A DNA stretch of 64,000 nt from Gemmatimonadota bacterium (GTDB taxonomy: Bacteria; Gemmatimonadota; Gemmatimonadetes; Longimicrobiales; Gaopeijiaceae): NCBI GenBank assembly GCA_034521595.1, contig JAXHMG010000003.1, positions 864,001-928,000 on the forward strand, read 5' to 3'. Below the pieces are notes generated by a model, which saw nothing but the letters and a program-made list of their open reading frames with translations, searched no databases and was not told where the DNA came from. The position numbers and the translations under genes were made by a program. Position 1 is the stretch's first letter. Each line of letters opens with the position of its first letter. This document shows, one piece after another, positions 8,693 through 18,734 of this stretch.

Positions 8693-11600
8693 GCAGGCCG
8701 GCGGACGCGCTTAAGGCGCGGGTCGGAGCCGTGAGGCGGTACCTGTACCGCCGCTCGGTGCTCGCGGCGGGCATCTGGGTTGCTTCCGGCGTCCTGACGG
8801 TCTGGGCGGTCGCGTGGTTGTGGGCGGGTGATGGAGGATGGCGGCCGGGGAGCGTCGGCCCGTTGGTGTTGGATGTCGCGATCGTCCTGTGGCTCCTCGG
8901 TGGGGCGTACGCATTTCGACGTGTCGTCGACCGTTGGCTGCGAGAGGACCGCCTGGCCCACGCGATCGAGCGGGCGGCCTCGCTGCCCGCCGGAGAAGTG
9001 CGTGGCACTCTCGAGCTCGGCAGGGCGATGCCGGAAGGGGTTTCGCCGCGGTTGGCGGCGAGGGCCACCGAGCGGGCCGAGGAGGGACTCCGCAGCTTCG
9101 GGACCTCCGAGCTGTCCGGATCGTTGGGACGCGACGTGAACCTCTGGATCCGGCGCGGGTGGGGCGGGCTCTTTGGGGCCACCTTGGTGCTCGTCGCCCT
9201 CACGGCTCTCGCCCCCGCACGCTCGCTCCAGGCGTGGAGCGGGCTCGCGACGCCGTTGCGCGTCTTGTCGGGGCCGACGCTCCCGCCACTCCAGGTCGAG
9301 CCCGGCCACGCCGAAGTGATGCGCGGTGCAGACGTATCGATCCGGGTGCGAGCCGAAGGACGCCGGGAGGTCGAGCTCCGGTGGCAGGGCGTGGGCGACG
9401 TCGCGCATTCCGAGTCGGTCGAGGTCGATCGTGGGTGGGCCGACTACGAGTTGCGCGGCGTCGCCGTGCCGACGGAGTACCGCGTCCATGGCGATGCGGG
9501 GACGACTTCGGAGCGGTATGTCATCACGCCCGTGGATCCGCTCTTCGTGGGCGATTTGCGCATCGAGCTGGATTTTCCGTCGCATACCGGACGGGCCGCG
9601 GAGGAATACCGGGGCGCGGCACCGCCGCTCCAAATTCCCGAGGGCACACGCATCGCGTTCGACGGGCGGGCGAACCGTCCCCTCAGCACGGCGACATTGA
9701 CGGACTCCGTGGGTGTGGCGGAGGTGGAGCTCGCGATCGACTCAGCAGAGTTCGACGGAAGGTGGACGCCCGAGACGAGCGGCCGGTACACGTGGCTGTT
9801 CCGGGACAGTGGGGGCGAGGCGCCGGCGGACGTTCCGCCGCCGATCGAGCTGGTCGTCCAGGCCGACCAGGTCCCGTTCGTCGAGATCACATCTCCCGCC
9901 CGAGACACGGTGCTGTCGAGCGACCTGAGTCAACGCTTGGCCATCGAGGCCGGAGACGACCACGGGTTGGCCGAGCTGGAGTTGGTGGCGCACCGGGTGA
10001 CTGCGCTGGGAGAACACCGGGAGCCGGTCGTGCAACGTTTCGACCTGGGCGAGACCCGGTTCGCGACTGCGCGCCCCGTCCTCGACTTCTCGTCATGGGG
10101 CTTGATGCCGGGCGACGAGGTGCGTTACTCGGCGCGTGTGGCCGACAACGCCCCCGATGCCCAGTGGGCCGAGACCGGGGAACGGGTGCTCCGCATGCCT
10201 TCCGCGAGCGAGCTCCGCCGGGACGTGGAGCGGGCCTTCGGAGACGCGGCCGAGCGGCTTTCACAGCTCAGAGAAGCGGCGGAGGCCGAGGCGGAAGGGA
10301 ACCGTCAGGAAGCCCGGGAACGAACGCTGGGCTCAGGTGCTTCCCGAGCAACCGGCCAGCGACAGCGCAGTGGCGCCGATACGGATTTCGACGAGCGTGA
10401 AAGCCTGAGGCGGGCGGTGGAAGAGCAAGAGCGGATGACCGCGGCCGTCGATTCGCTCGGCGCCGACCTCGAGGCGATGGAGCGGCGGATGGAGGAGGTG
10501 GGGCAGGCCGATCCGGAGCTGCGTGGGCAGATGCGGGAGCTGCAGGACCTGTTGGACCAGGTCGCCGGCGAAGATCTGGAATCCCGCACGGAGCGTCTTT
10601 CCGAGGCCATCGAACAGGGAGACGTGCGAGGGGCGGAGCGCTCGCTTCAGGAGCTCTCGGAGGAGCAGGAGCGGTTCCGGGAGCGGTTGGAGGAGTCGCT
10701 CGAGCGGTTCCGGCGTGCCGCGGTCGAGCAGGATTTCAGCGCGAGTCGGAACGAAGCGGAGGACCTGGCCAGACAGGAGCGGGCTCTCGCGGACGCCATG
10801 AGGGAAGACGGCACTACCGAGCTCAGGGCCGAGCAACAGGAAGGGCTCGCGGAACGTGCCGAAGAGCTCGACGCGCGGCTGGACCGGCTGGAGGAGCGAC
10901 TGCGCGAGATCGGAGAAGAGGGCGCCGCCGAAGGGGTGCGGGAAGCGGGCGCTCGTGCCGAGCAGGCCAGAGCCGAGATGAGCGAGGTCGGCCGGAATGC
11001 GGACGAGGGGCGGGCTGAGGAGGCTTCCAGCCGGGCCGAGCGGGCCTCCGAGCGGTTGGACGAGGCGGGGCGCGAGCTGAGGCAGGCCCAACAGGACATG
11101 GCCATGGAGCAGTTGACACGGATGCGCAGGGCGCTCGAGCGAACCGCGGATGACGCGCTTTCGCTCGCTCGCCGTCAGACGGGGCTCCGCCTGGAGATGA
11201 GGGGGGCGACTCCGGACGAATTGCGCGGCATGCGCTCCGACGAGAGGACGCTCCTGCAGGGCATGGAGAACGTGGCCGACAACCTCCGGGTCGCCACCGA
11301 CGGTCAGGTGCCCGGGGGGCGCGAGATCTCGGAGCAGATGGGACGGATCATGGAGTCGTTCGAGCGCACGCTCGCGTCGATGGAGCGACCACGAAGCATG
11401 AACGGATCACCGGTGGCCGCGTCGGAACGGGTGGTCGGGGACCTCAACGAGCTCGCGCTCATGGCTCTACGGTTCGCGGAGCAGATGGGTCAGGCCGGTG
11501 AAGAGCAGGGTCGGCAGCAGGAGGGTGCGGAGCAGGAAAGGCAGCAAGCGATGCAGCAGGCGCTGGAAGAGCTCGCCCAACAGCAAGGCGACCTGGTGAA

Positions 11601-12096
11601 CCAGGCCGGCCAGATCATGCCCATGCAGCTGGGAGAGCAAGCGCTGTCCGAGCAGCTCCAAGAGATGTCCGACGGTCAGCAATCCGTTTCGGATCAGCTC
11701 GGTGAGCTCTCCGATCAGCCGGCTTCCGAGGGCGCGTTGGGTGACCTGGAGCAACTCGCCGGGGAGGCTCGGGAGGTGGCCGAATCACTGGCGGAAGGTC
11801 GGCTCGATCCGGAGACGGCGCAGAGGCAGGAACGCCTGTTCCACCGACTCCTCGATGCAGGTCGGTCACTGGAACGCGACGAGGTTTCGGAGCAGCGCGA
11901 GTCGGAAGCGCCGACCGGTTTCGAGCGCGGGACCGTGATGCCGCTCGAAGATGGGCAGCTCGGGGTCCTCGAGTTCGGGATGCCGAGCGCCGAGCAGCTC
12001 CGGGAGCTGCCTTCGGCGGTTCGCCGTATGATTCTCGATTATTTCGAGCGTCTGAATCGGGTGCCATCGGCTCCCGACGACGGGGGTGCGTCGTGA
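8689..12096 (+). CDS. DUF4175-like membrane-anchored protein: TM helices, Ig-like beta region, very long coiled coil
   Basis: N-terminal TM helices, AGDDHGL and ARVADN motifs, about 600 aa E/Q/R-rich helical region, C-terminal QERLFHRLLDA...ILDYFERL. Confidence 0.8.
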   Translation: MSRPADALKARVGAVRRYLYRRSVLAAGIWVASGVLTVWAVAWLWAGDGGWRPGSVGPLVLDVAIVLWLLGGAYAFRRVVDRWLREDRLAHAIERAASLPAGEVRGTLELGRAMPEGVSPRLAARATERAEEGLRSFGTSELSGSLGRDVNLWIRRGWGGLFGATLVLVALTALAPARSLQAWSGLATPLRVLSGPTLPPLQVEPGHAEVMRGADVSIRVRAEGRREVELRWQGVGDVAHSESVEVDRGWADYELRGVAVPTEYRVHGDAGTTSERYVITPVDPLFVGDLRIELDFPSHTGRAAEEYRGAAPPLQIPEGTRIAFDGRANRPLSTATLTDSVGVAEVELAIDSAEFDGRWTPETSGRYTWLFRDSGGEAPADVPPPIELVVQADQVPFVEITSPARDTVLSSDLSQRLAIEAGDDHGLAELELVAHRVTALGEHREPVVQRFDLGETRFATARPVLDFSSWGLMPGDEVRYSARVADNAPDAQWAETGERVLRMPSASELRRDVERAFGDAAERLSQLREAAEAEAEGNRQEARERTLGSGASRATGQRQRSGADTDFDERESLRRAVEEQERMTAAVDSLGADLEAMERRMEEVGQADPELRGQMRELQDLLDQVAGEDLESRTERLSEAIEQGDVRGAERSLQELSEEQERFRERLEESLERFRRAAVEQDFSASRNEAEDLARQERALADAMREDGTTELRAEQQEGLAERAEELDARLDRLEERLREIGEEGAAEGVREAGARAEQARAEMSEVGRNADEGRAEEASSRAERASERLDEAGRELRQAQQDMAMEQLTRMRRALERTADDALSLARRQTGLRLEMRGATPDELRGMRSDERTLLQGMENVADNLRVATDGQVPGGREISEQMGRIMESFERTLASMERPRSMNGSPVAASERVVGDLNELALMALRFAEQMGQAGEEQGRQQEGAEQERQQAMQQALEELAQQQGDLVNQAGQIMPMQLGEQALSEQLQEMSDGQQSVSDQLGELSDQPASEGALGDLEQLAGEAREVAESLAEGRLDPETAQRQERLFHRLLDAGRSLERDEVSEQRESEAPTGFERGTVMPLEDGQLGVLEFGMPSAEQLRELPSAVRRMILDYFERLNRVPSAPDDGGAS

Positions 12097-13865
12097 GGGT
12101 GCGTCGGACCGTGGGATCGATCGCCGCCGGACTCGTGGTCGTGCTGTGCTTGGGTGCCGCGCCCTCCCCGGCGGGTGGACAGGCGAGCGGTGAAGGGGAG
12201 ACGAACCGCCTCGTGCGGGAGGCGGCGGTTCTGGAAGCGAACGGTGACCTCGTCGGAGCCGAATCTTTGCTCCGCCGCGCGCTCGATCGGGCGCCGGACG
12301 CCACCGGTGCCGTGTTCGCCCTCGAGCGGGTGCTCCGCGCTCAGGACGACTCGGAGGAGATAATCCCCGTTCTGGAGGAGTATCTCGGGCGCAACCCGTC
12401 ATCCGGCGAAGTTCGGGCGCTGAAGCTGCGCGTCCTGGTCGAGGTGGATTCCGTCGATGCGGTCAGGCGCGAGGCGGACGCATGGATCGACGAGGATCCT
12501 TCGTCCGCGACGTACCGTTCTTTGGCGGAACTGTACGAGAACGCCTTCGGGCCGGCCGAGGCGCTCGCTCTGCTCCGAAAGGGCCAGGACGAGGTCGAGG
12601 AGGGCGACGCCTTGGCGCTCGAGGTCGGTGACCTGGCGGCCCGCCTGGGTGACCGGGACGAGGCGATCCGGCAATGGACACGGGGGGTGGGCGACGACGG
12701 TGCTCGAGTGGCAGCGGTGGCGCGGCGCTTACGAGGCCTCCCCGACCCACGGGACGACGCCGTGCAGGCGGTGCTGAGCTCGCTGTCCGAATCGCCCATC
12801 TTTGCGCGCCGGCGTGCCGCTGCTTTGATGGCTCTCGAGCTCGGCATGGAAGCCGAGGCGCTGGCGCTCGGTCGCGAGGTGGCTGATGAGCTGGGGACAC
12901 GGGCGCGCAACCGCTTCCTCACCGAGGTGGCGGAACGGGCACGGGAACGGGCGCTCGGGGGCGTAGCGGTGTGGGCGTTCGGGGAGCTCGCTGCCGACGC
13001 GGATATACCGACGGAGCGTAGATCTTTCGACCAGCGCTTGGTGGAGGTGGCGTTGGCCACTGGGGACTCGACCGCGGCATTCGAGGCCCAGTCTCGCATC
13101 GCGCAGTCCCACCCGGAGGAGTCGCCCGAACGGCGGACGGCCGCGGCTCGGGCGCTTCGGTTGGGGATGTCGGTTCTGGACGCCGACGCACTACGCCGTG
13201 CATTCGAGGAGTTCGAGAAGGCCTACCCGACTGCGGCGGAGATGGACGGATTGGCCGCCGGAGTCGCCCGAAGCCTCCGGGCGCGAGGCGATGCGGAGGC
13301 GGCCCTGTCCGTGCTGGCGCCTGCCCGAGGCCCGGAGAGCAGGGTGGAGCGTGCCTACCTTCTCCTCGGAGAGGGTAGGACCGAGGAAGGGCGGACGGTC
13401 CTGTCGGAGGCCGTCGAAGGGCTTCCTCCCTCAGAAGCCACGGAGGTGATCCGCCTCATGGGGCTCCTCGGGCGGCTTCCGAGTCGGGCCGCCTCCGTGC
13501 TCGGGCAGGCGGCTGCCGAAGCACGCACGGGACGCATCGACGAAGCGGTCGGGCTCCTGGAGGAGGCGGCCGACGGTCTCGATGAGGACGGACGGGCCAC
13601 GCTCTTCGCCCATGGGGCCCGGATGGTCGAAGATGCGGGCTATCCGGACCGTGCTGCGACGGTGCGCGAACGGTTGATGGACGAACATCCTGATCATCCG
13701 GCGACGTCGGCCGCCGCGTTGGCGCTCGCCCGGTACTACGCGGGGCGGGAAGGCGGTGTGGACCGGGCGGTCACGCTCCTCGAGGAGCTCATCTCGTCCC
13801 GGCCCAACGGGGCCATCGTCCCGAACGCACGCGCCGAGCTCGACCGCATCCGGAGGGCGCCATGA
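12093..13865 (+). CDS. Exported tetratricopeptide-repeat protein
   Basis: Signal peptide, Ala/Leu helical repeats, BamD/YfiO-like C-terminal repeats (LMDEHPDHP, LISSRPNG). Confidence 0.8.
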   Translation: MRVRRTVGSIAAGLVVVLCLGAAPSPAGGQASGEGETNRLVREAAVLEANGDLVGAESLLRRALDRAPDATGAVFALERVLRAQDDSEEIIPVLEEYLGRNPSSGEVRALKLRVLVEVDSVDAVRREADAWIDEDPSSATYRSLAELYENAFGPAEALALLRKGQDEVEEGDALALEVGDLAARLGDRDEAIRQWTRGVGDDGARVAAVARRLRGLPDPRDDAVQAVLSSLSESPIFARRRAAALMALELGMEAEALALGREVADELGTRARNRFLTEVAERARERALGGVAVWAFGELAADADIPTERRSFDQRLVEVALATGDSTAAFEAQSRIAQSHPEESPERRTAAARALRLGMSVLDADALRRAFEEFEKAYPTAAEMDGLAAGVARSLRARGDAEAALSVLAPARGPESRVERAYLLLGEGRTEEGRTVLSEAVEGLPPSEATEVIRLMGLLGRLPSRAASVLGQAAAEARTGRIDEAVGLLEEAADGLDEDGRATLFAHGARMVEDAGYPDRAATVRERLMDEHPDHPATSAAALALARYYAGREGGVDRAVTLLEELISSRPNGAIVPNARAELDRIRRAP

Positions 13866-15127
13866 CTACCCCGAACGTGCTCCGTGTAGTGCTCGTCCTG
13901 TTGTTCCTGGCCATGCCGGGAGCCGTGGCGGCCCAGTCGCTACTCGTGCCCATGGACCGAGAGCAACGTGATCACCTGAAAGCCTACGGCCTGACCCACT
14001 GGGCGCTCGAGCGGGAGCTGAGCGCGGAGTGGCTGCTAAACTACAGGAGCGGCTCGTTCCTGTTTCCGGACCACGAGGAGCTGCGCCGGGAAGCGGCGTT
14101 GCGGGGCGTGACCCTGGAGGAGGTCGACGTCGCGGCCGTGTCACGGATCCGGTCGACCATCGAATCGTCCAACATGGAGGCGATTCCCTTGGAGCGAGCG
14201 CCTCGAATCGCGGTGTACACCCCGCCGAACTCGTCTCCGTGGGACGACGCGGTGACGATGGCGCTCGAGTACGCGGACATCGAGTACGAGACGATCTGGG
14301 ATCCCGAGGTCCTCACCGAAGACCTTTCCCGCTACGAATGGATCCACCTCCATCACGAGGACTTCACCGGGCAGTACTCGAAGTTCTACCTGACGTATTC
14401 GGGCGCGCCCTGGCTACAGGACGAGGTGGCCCGCAACCAGGAGGTGGCCGGGGAGCACGGTTATCCGAACGTGCCGGCGCTCAAGAAGGCCGTCGCCGAG
14501 CGGATCCGAGCATACGTCGAGAACGGGGGGTTCCTGTTCGCGATGTGCTCCGCGACCGAGACCCTGGAGCTGGCGCTGGCCGCGGGGCCGGTGGACATCG
14601 CGGCCGCCTATGCCGACGGGACGCCGCCCGATCCGGATGCGTCGGCCAGAATGGACTGGGATCGGGCGATGGCCTTCACCGATGCGGAAGTGCACGTGGC
14701 TCCGACCGTCAACGCGTTCTCGGACATCGACGGCCACCAGGTGAACACGCCTTGGCGCGAAGCTCTCGGGGCATTCACGCTCTTCGACTTCTCCGCGAAG
14801 CTCGATCCGGTTCCGTCAATGCTGACGCAGAGCCACGAGTCGATCCTGCCGGATTTCTACGGCCTGACCACGTCGTTTCGCCAGGACCGGTTGAAACCGG
14901 GGGTGATCGTGCTCGCCGAAGAAGGACCGTGGGCCAAGTACGTGCACGGAAATCTCGGCGAGGGAACGTTCACGTACTTCGGTGGACACGACCCCGAGGA
15001 TCCCGAGCACCAGATCGGCGACGCGCACATCGATCTCTCGCTTCATCCGAACTCGCCGGGATATCGCTTGATCCTCAACAACGTGCTCTTCCCAGCGGCG
15101 AGGAAGCAGACTCTGAAGACACAGTGA
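13862..15127 (+). CDS. Conserved exported protein with class I glutamine-amidotransferase-like features (family often labelled 'asparagine synthetase B' in FCB genomes)
   Basis: Signal peptide; HLKAYG, WLLNYRSGSF, PWDDAVT, LHHEDFTGQY, FAMCSAT, GGHDPED, SPGYRLILNNVLFPAA. Confidence 0.75.
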   Translation: MTTPNVLRVVLVLLFLAMPGAVAAQSLLVPMDREQRDHLKAYGLTHWALERELSAEWLLNYRSGSFLFPDHEELRREAALRGVTLEEVDVAAVSRIRSTIESSNMEAIPLERAPRIAVYTPPNSSPWDDAVTMALEYADIEYETIWDPEVLTEDLSRYEWIHLHHEDFTGQYSKFYLTYSGAPWLQDEVARNQEVAGEHGYPNVPALKKAVAERIRAYVENGGFLFAMCSATETLELALAAGPVDIAAAYADGTPPDPDASARMDWDRAMAFTDAEVHVAPTVNAFSDIDGHQVNTPWREALGAFTLFDFSAKLDPVPSMLTQSHESILPDFYGLTTSFRQDRLKPGVIVLAEEGPWAKYVHGNLGEGTFTYFGGHDPEDPEHQIGDAHIDLSLHPNSPGYRLILNNVLFPAARKQTLKTQ

Positions 15128-17751
15128 GCGAGCGCGCCGACACCTTCCTGGTGGGGCTCGACGGACTCGAAGACCCCGAGCCGGACGCCGCACAGGAGAA
15201 GGCATCGCCGCCCTCGAAGCGCCTCACGCTCTCGGCCGAGGCGATCGCGCGGATCAGGGACGAGATCGAGCGTGCGGGGGGGCGGGAGGTGTGCTTCCTC
15301 GCGACGGTCGACGAGCACCGGGCCGTCCACGATCCTCGTGCCGTCTCCCGCGGGAATCACGAGGCGGTGCTGGTGGCTGCCCGCGACGCGCCGGAGGGAG
15401 GTCTGATGGTGCACAACCATCCTTCGGGCGTGCTCGAGCCCTCCGAGGCGGACATGCGGGTCGCCGGACGCCTGTACGAGGAAGGATTGGGGACGGCCAT
15501 CGTCGATAACCGGGCGGAAGGCCTCTACGTGGTGGTCGAGCCGCCCACGCCCCGGGTCGTGCGGCCGCTGAGCGTCGAGAAAGTACAGGAGACGCTCGGT
15601 CCGCACGGGCCTCTCGCGGAGGGGATGGGGGGCTACGAAGACCGCCCCGGCCAGCGGAGCATGGCCGCTCTCGTGACGGAATCCTACAACGACGGGGGCG
15701 TCACCCTGGTGGAAGCCGGGACCGGCACGGGCAAGTCGCTGGCGTACCTGGTGCCCGCGGCCAAGTGGGCCCTGCAGAACGGAGAGCGGACGATCCTCTC
15801 CACGAACACCATCAACCTCCAGGAACAGCTCGTCGGGAAGGATCTTCCCCTGGTGGAGAAGCTCGTCGGAGACGTCTCCTGGGCGCTCGTGAAGGGTCGG
15901 GGCAACTACGTTTCGATCCGAAGGGCGCTGCTGGCCGCCGACGGACAGGAGAGCCTGTTCGAGGACGATCGCTCGAGCGAGATGAAGGCGCTGTTGGAGT
16001 GGATGGAGACGAGCGACGACGGATCCCTTTCCGATCTGGACTTCGTGCCGTCCGACGATGTGTGGGAGGAGGTGCGCAGTGATCCGGACATGTGCCTGCG
16101 GGCGCGCTGTCCCCACTTCCAGGAGTGCTTCTACCAGCGTTCCCGGAGACGGGCGGCTTCGGCTCAGCTCCTCGTCGTCAACCACCACCTCCTCTTCACC
16201 GACCTCGCGGTGCGGCGGGCGACGGGGAACTACACGCAGGCCGCCGTCCTCCCCTCGTACAAGCGGGTGGTGCTCGACGAGGCACACAACGTCGAGGACT
16301 CGGCGACGTCGCATCTCGGCGTCGAGCTGACCCGACGTGGCATGTACCGTACCCTGTCCCGCCTCGATCGGCGGGGGCGGGGGATCCTGACCGCGGTCCA
16401 CGAGGCCCTCACGGGCGGAACCGACGGCGGCGAGCTCCGGGAGCGGCTGGAGAACCGGGTGCGCCCCTCGGTGGCGACGGCGCGATCGGCCCTCGAAGGA
16501 CTCCTCGAGCGCCTGGAGGGCCTCGTCACCGATGATGCCGGCGTGGTTCGTCTCGGTCCTCGGGGCATCGGAGAGCCCGCGGAAGACGCGGAAGTCGACG
16601 AGCCACTCCGTGCGGCCCTTCGCGCGCTCACCACGCTTCAGCGGGAGGTGGCCGAGCTCCGTGCCCGCCTCGAGCTACGGGACGATCTCTCGGAACGGCT
16701 CGAGGGCCGGCTGCTCGATCTGCGGTCCGTGGAGCGCCGGATCGCGGCCGCCGTGCACGGGCTCCGGCTCATCCTCGTGCCGAACGACGATTCCGCGCGG
16801 TACGTGCGTTGGTTGGAGTCGCGCGGCCGCGGCCGAAGGCGGAATCTGGCCCTCGCTGCGGCGCCGGTCGAGCTCGGTGCCTTGCTCCGCGAGTCGCTCT
16901 TCACACGCGCCGAGACGACGGTTCTGACCAGCGCGAGCCTGACGACTCGGGGGACCTTCGACTTCATGAAGGCGAGGCTCGGGCTCGAGGTGCGCCCGAC
17001 GTCGGACGAGGCGAACGAGGTCGGGACCGTACGCGAGCGGATGATCGCTTCGCCGTTCGACTTCGAGCGGCACACGCTCCTGGTGGTGCCGACGGGCCAG
17101 GGGGCCCCGGATGAGCACGGAAACGCGTGGAACGAGCGCACTCCGGACGATCCGACGGCGCTGCGCGTGGGAGAGCTGGCCGCCATTACCGACGGCGGCC
17201 TCTTCGTGCTCTTCACCTCCCACGCCGCGTTGCGTCGGACGTCGGATGCGCTCCGGCGGGGAGGCATCGAGGCGCGCTGGCCCCTTTTCGTCCAGGGCGA
17301 AGGTCAGCGTCACGACCTCGTCGACCGGTTCGTGGCGGCCGGCCGCGGGATCCTCCTCGGCACGAACTCCTTCTGGGAAGGTGTGGACGTGCCCGGCGAG
17401 CCCTTGCGGGGGCTGGTCATCCACAAGCTGCCGTTCCGGGTGCCGACCGAGCCCATCACCGCCGCCCGTATGGAGGCCGTCGAGGCCGCTGGAGGGGACT
17501 CGTTTCGGGACTTCATGCTGCCGCATGCGGCGCTGCGGCTCAAGCAGGGCTTCGGCCGGCTCGTGCGCGGTCACGAGGACAAGGGGGTCGTCATCGTGTT
17601 GGACGACCGACTCGTCACCCGCCGCTACGGCGGGTATCTCCGCTCCTCCCTGCCGCCCGCCCCACTCGTGAAGGGTGCGTGGCACGACGTGGAACGCCGC
17701 ATCGGGGCGTTCTACGGCACTTCACTTGGTCGAGGAAGGGTCGCGCCCTAA
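15124..17751 (+). CDS. DinG/YoaA-family SF2 helicase with N-terminal JAB/JAMM (RadC-like) domain
   Basis: HNHPSGVLEPSEAD, EAGTGTGKS, DEAH, SFWEGVDVPG, LKQGFGRLVR; GTG 15124 overlaps the upstream TGA. Confidence 0.92.
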   Translation: MSERADTFLVGLDGLEDPEPDAAQEKASPPSKRLTLSAEAIARIRDEIERAGGREVCFLATVDEHRAVHDPRAVSRGNHEAVLVAARDAPEGGLMVHNHPSGVLEPSEADMRVAGRLYEEGLGTAIVDNRAEGLYVVVEPPTPRVVRPLSVEKVQETLGPHGPLAEGMGGYEDRPGQRSMAALVTESYNDGGVTLVEAGTGTGKSLAYLVPAAKWALQNGERTILSTNTINLQEQLVGKDLPLVEKLVGDVSWALVKGRGNYVSIRRALLAADGQESLFEDDRSSEMKALLEWMETSDDGSLSDLDFVPSDDVWEEVRSDPDMCLRARCPHFQECFYQRSRRRAASAQLLVVNHHLLFTDLAVRRATGNYTQAAVLPSYKRVVLDEAHNVEDSATSHLGVELTRRGMYRTLSRLDRRGRGILTAVHEALTGGTDGGELRERLENRVRPSVATARSALEGLLERLEGLVTDDAGVVRLGPRGIGEPAEDAEVDEPLRAALRALTTLQREVAELRARLELRDDLSERLEGRLLDLRSVERRIAAAVHGLRLILVPNDDSARYVRWLESRGRGRRRNLALAAAPVELGALLRESLFTRAETTVLTSASLTTRGTFDFMKARLGLEVRPTSDEANEVGTVRERMIASPFDFERHTLLVVPTGQGAPDEHGNAWNERTPDDPTALRVGELAAITDGGLFVLFTSHAALRRTSDALRRGGIEARWPLFVQGEGQRHDLVDRFVAAGRGILLGTNSFWEGVDVPGEPLRGLVIHKLPFRVPTEPITAARMEAVEAAGGDSFRDFMLPHAALRLKQGFGRLVRGHEDKGVVIVLDDRLVTRRYGGYLRSSLPPAPLVKGAWHDVERRIGAFYGTSLGRGRVAP

Positions 17752-17839
17752 ATTCAGCCGACCGGGTCCCGGGCGCCGTGGTGGATGCTCACCACGGGCT
17801 CGGCGGCCATCCACGGACCCCACAAACGACACGCTTCTC

Positions 17840-18040
17840 ATGACACGCATCTTCGGTATGGCCGTTGGCGTCGTGTACCTCGGCATCGCCTTCGGCGCCT
17901 ATCGGAATTCGAGCAACGGATGGGAGGCAGGACACGCGGACCTGGGCTTTTGGTGGGCCGTGATCGGAGTCCTGCTCACTATCGCCTCGCTGGGCGCCCT
18001 GATCGGGACCTGGCTGCACACGCGCACCCCCCGCCCGTAA
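17840..18040 (+). CDS. Small two-TM membrane protein
   Basis: Two hydrophobic helices, 66 aa from ATG 17840. Confidence 0.65.
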   Translation: MTRIFGMAVGVVYLGIAFGAYRNSSNGWEAGHADLGFWWAVIGVLLTIASLGALIGTWLHTRTPRP

Positions 18041-18098
18041 CGGTCCACGGCCCCGAGCCGCCCGGACGCCGGCTTTCTCCCCGTTTTCCCCGGTCGCC

Positions 18099-18734
18099 AT
18101 GTCTGCTAAAACCGAGCTCCGCCCTTCCAAGATCGTCTGCGTCGGAAAGAACTACGCCAAGCATGCCGCTGAGATGGGCGGCGAGGTGCCCGAGGAGCCG
18201 TTGCTCTTCCTCAAGGCGCCGTCCGCGCTCATCGGTGACGGCGAAGAGATCGTCATGCCGAAATGGGCCGGTCGGGTCGACTACGAGGGAGAGATCGCGG
18301 TCGTGATCGGTCGGCGCGCGACGCGGATCGATGCCGCGGACGGTTGGAGCTACGTACGCGGCATCCTCCCGCTCAACGACGTGACGGCCCGCGACCTCCA
18401 GGCTTCGGACAATCAGTGGAGCCGGGCCAAGGGCTTCGACACGTTCTGTCCCGTGGGCGACGTGGTGCCCGTCGACGAGGTCGACCTCGATGCGCTGTCG
18501 GTCACCACGCGGGTCAACGGGGAGGTTCGCCAGCAAGGCGAAGTCGGGGACATGGTCTTCAAGGTGCCCGACGTCCTCGCCCATATCACTCGTGCGATGA
18601 CGCTCGAGCCCGGCGACATCGTCGCGACCGGGACGCCCGACGGGATCGGCCCGCTCCAACCCGGCGACCGGGTCGAGGTCGAGGTGGGTGGCGTGGGCAC
18701 CGTATCCAACCCGGTGGTCGAGGCGGACCAATGA
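18099..18734 (+). CDS. Fumarylacetoacetate hydrolase family protein
   Basis: KIVCVGKNYAKH, DYEGE, NDVTARDLQ, KGFDTFCP, TGTPDGIG. Confidence 0.95.
   Translation: MSAKTELRPSKIVCVGKNYAKHAAEMGGEVPEEPLLFLKAPSALIGDGEEIVMPKWAGRVDYEGEIAVVIGRRATRIDAADGWSYVRGILPLNDVTARDLQASDNQWSRAKGFDTFCPVGDVVPVDEVDLDALSVTTRVNGEVRQQGEVGDMVFKVPDVLAHITRAMTLEPGDIVATGTPDGIGPLQPGDRVEVEVGGVGTVSNPVVEADQ

Noticed and set aside
14029-15123. 1240-aa ORF suggesting a giant N-terminally extended helicase
   Set aside because: The first 365 codons are an Arg/Gly-rich shadow frame over the real 13862-15127 gene; GTG 15124 with a GTGA overlap is the natural start
15124-17751. DinG as part of a type IV CRISPR or other defence system
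   Set aside because: No cas genes, array or defence neighbours; the context is a housekeeping operon
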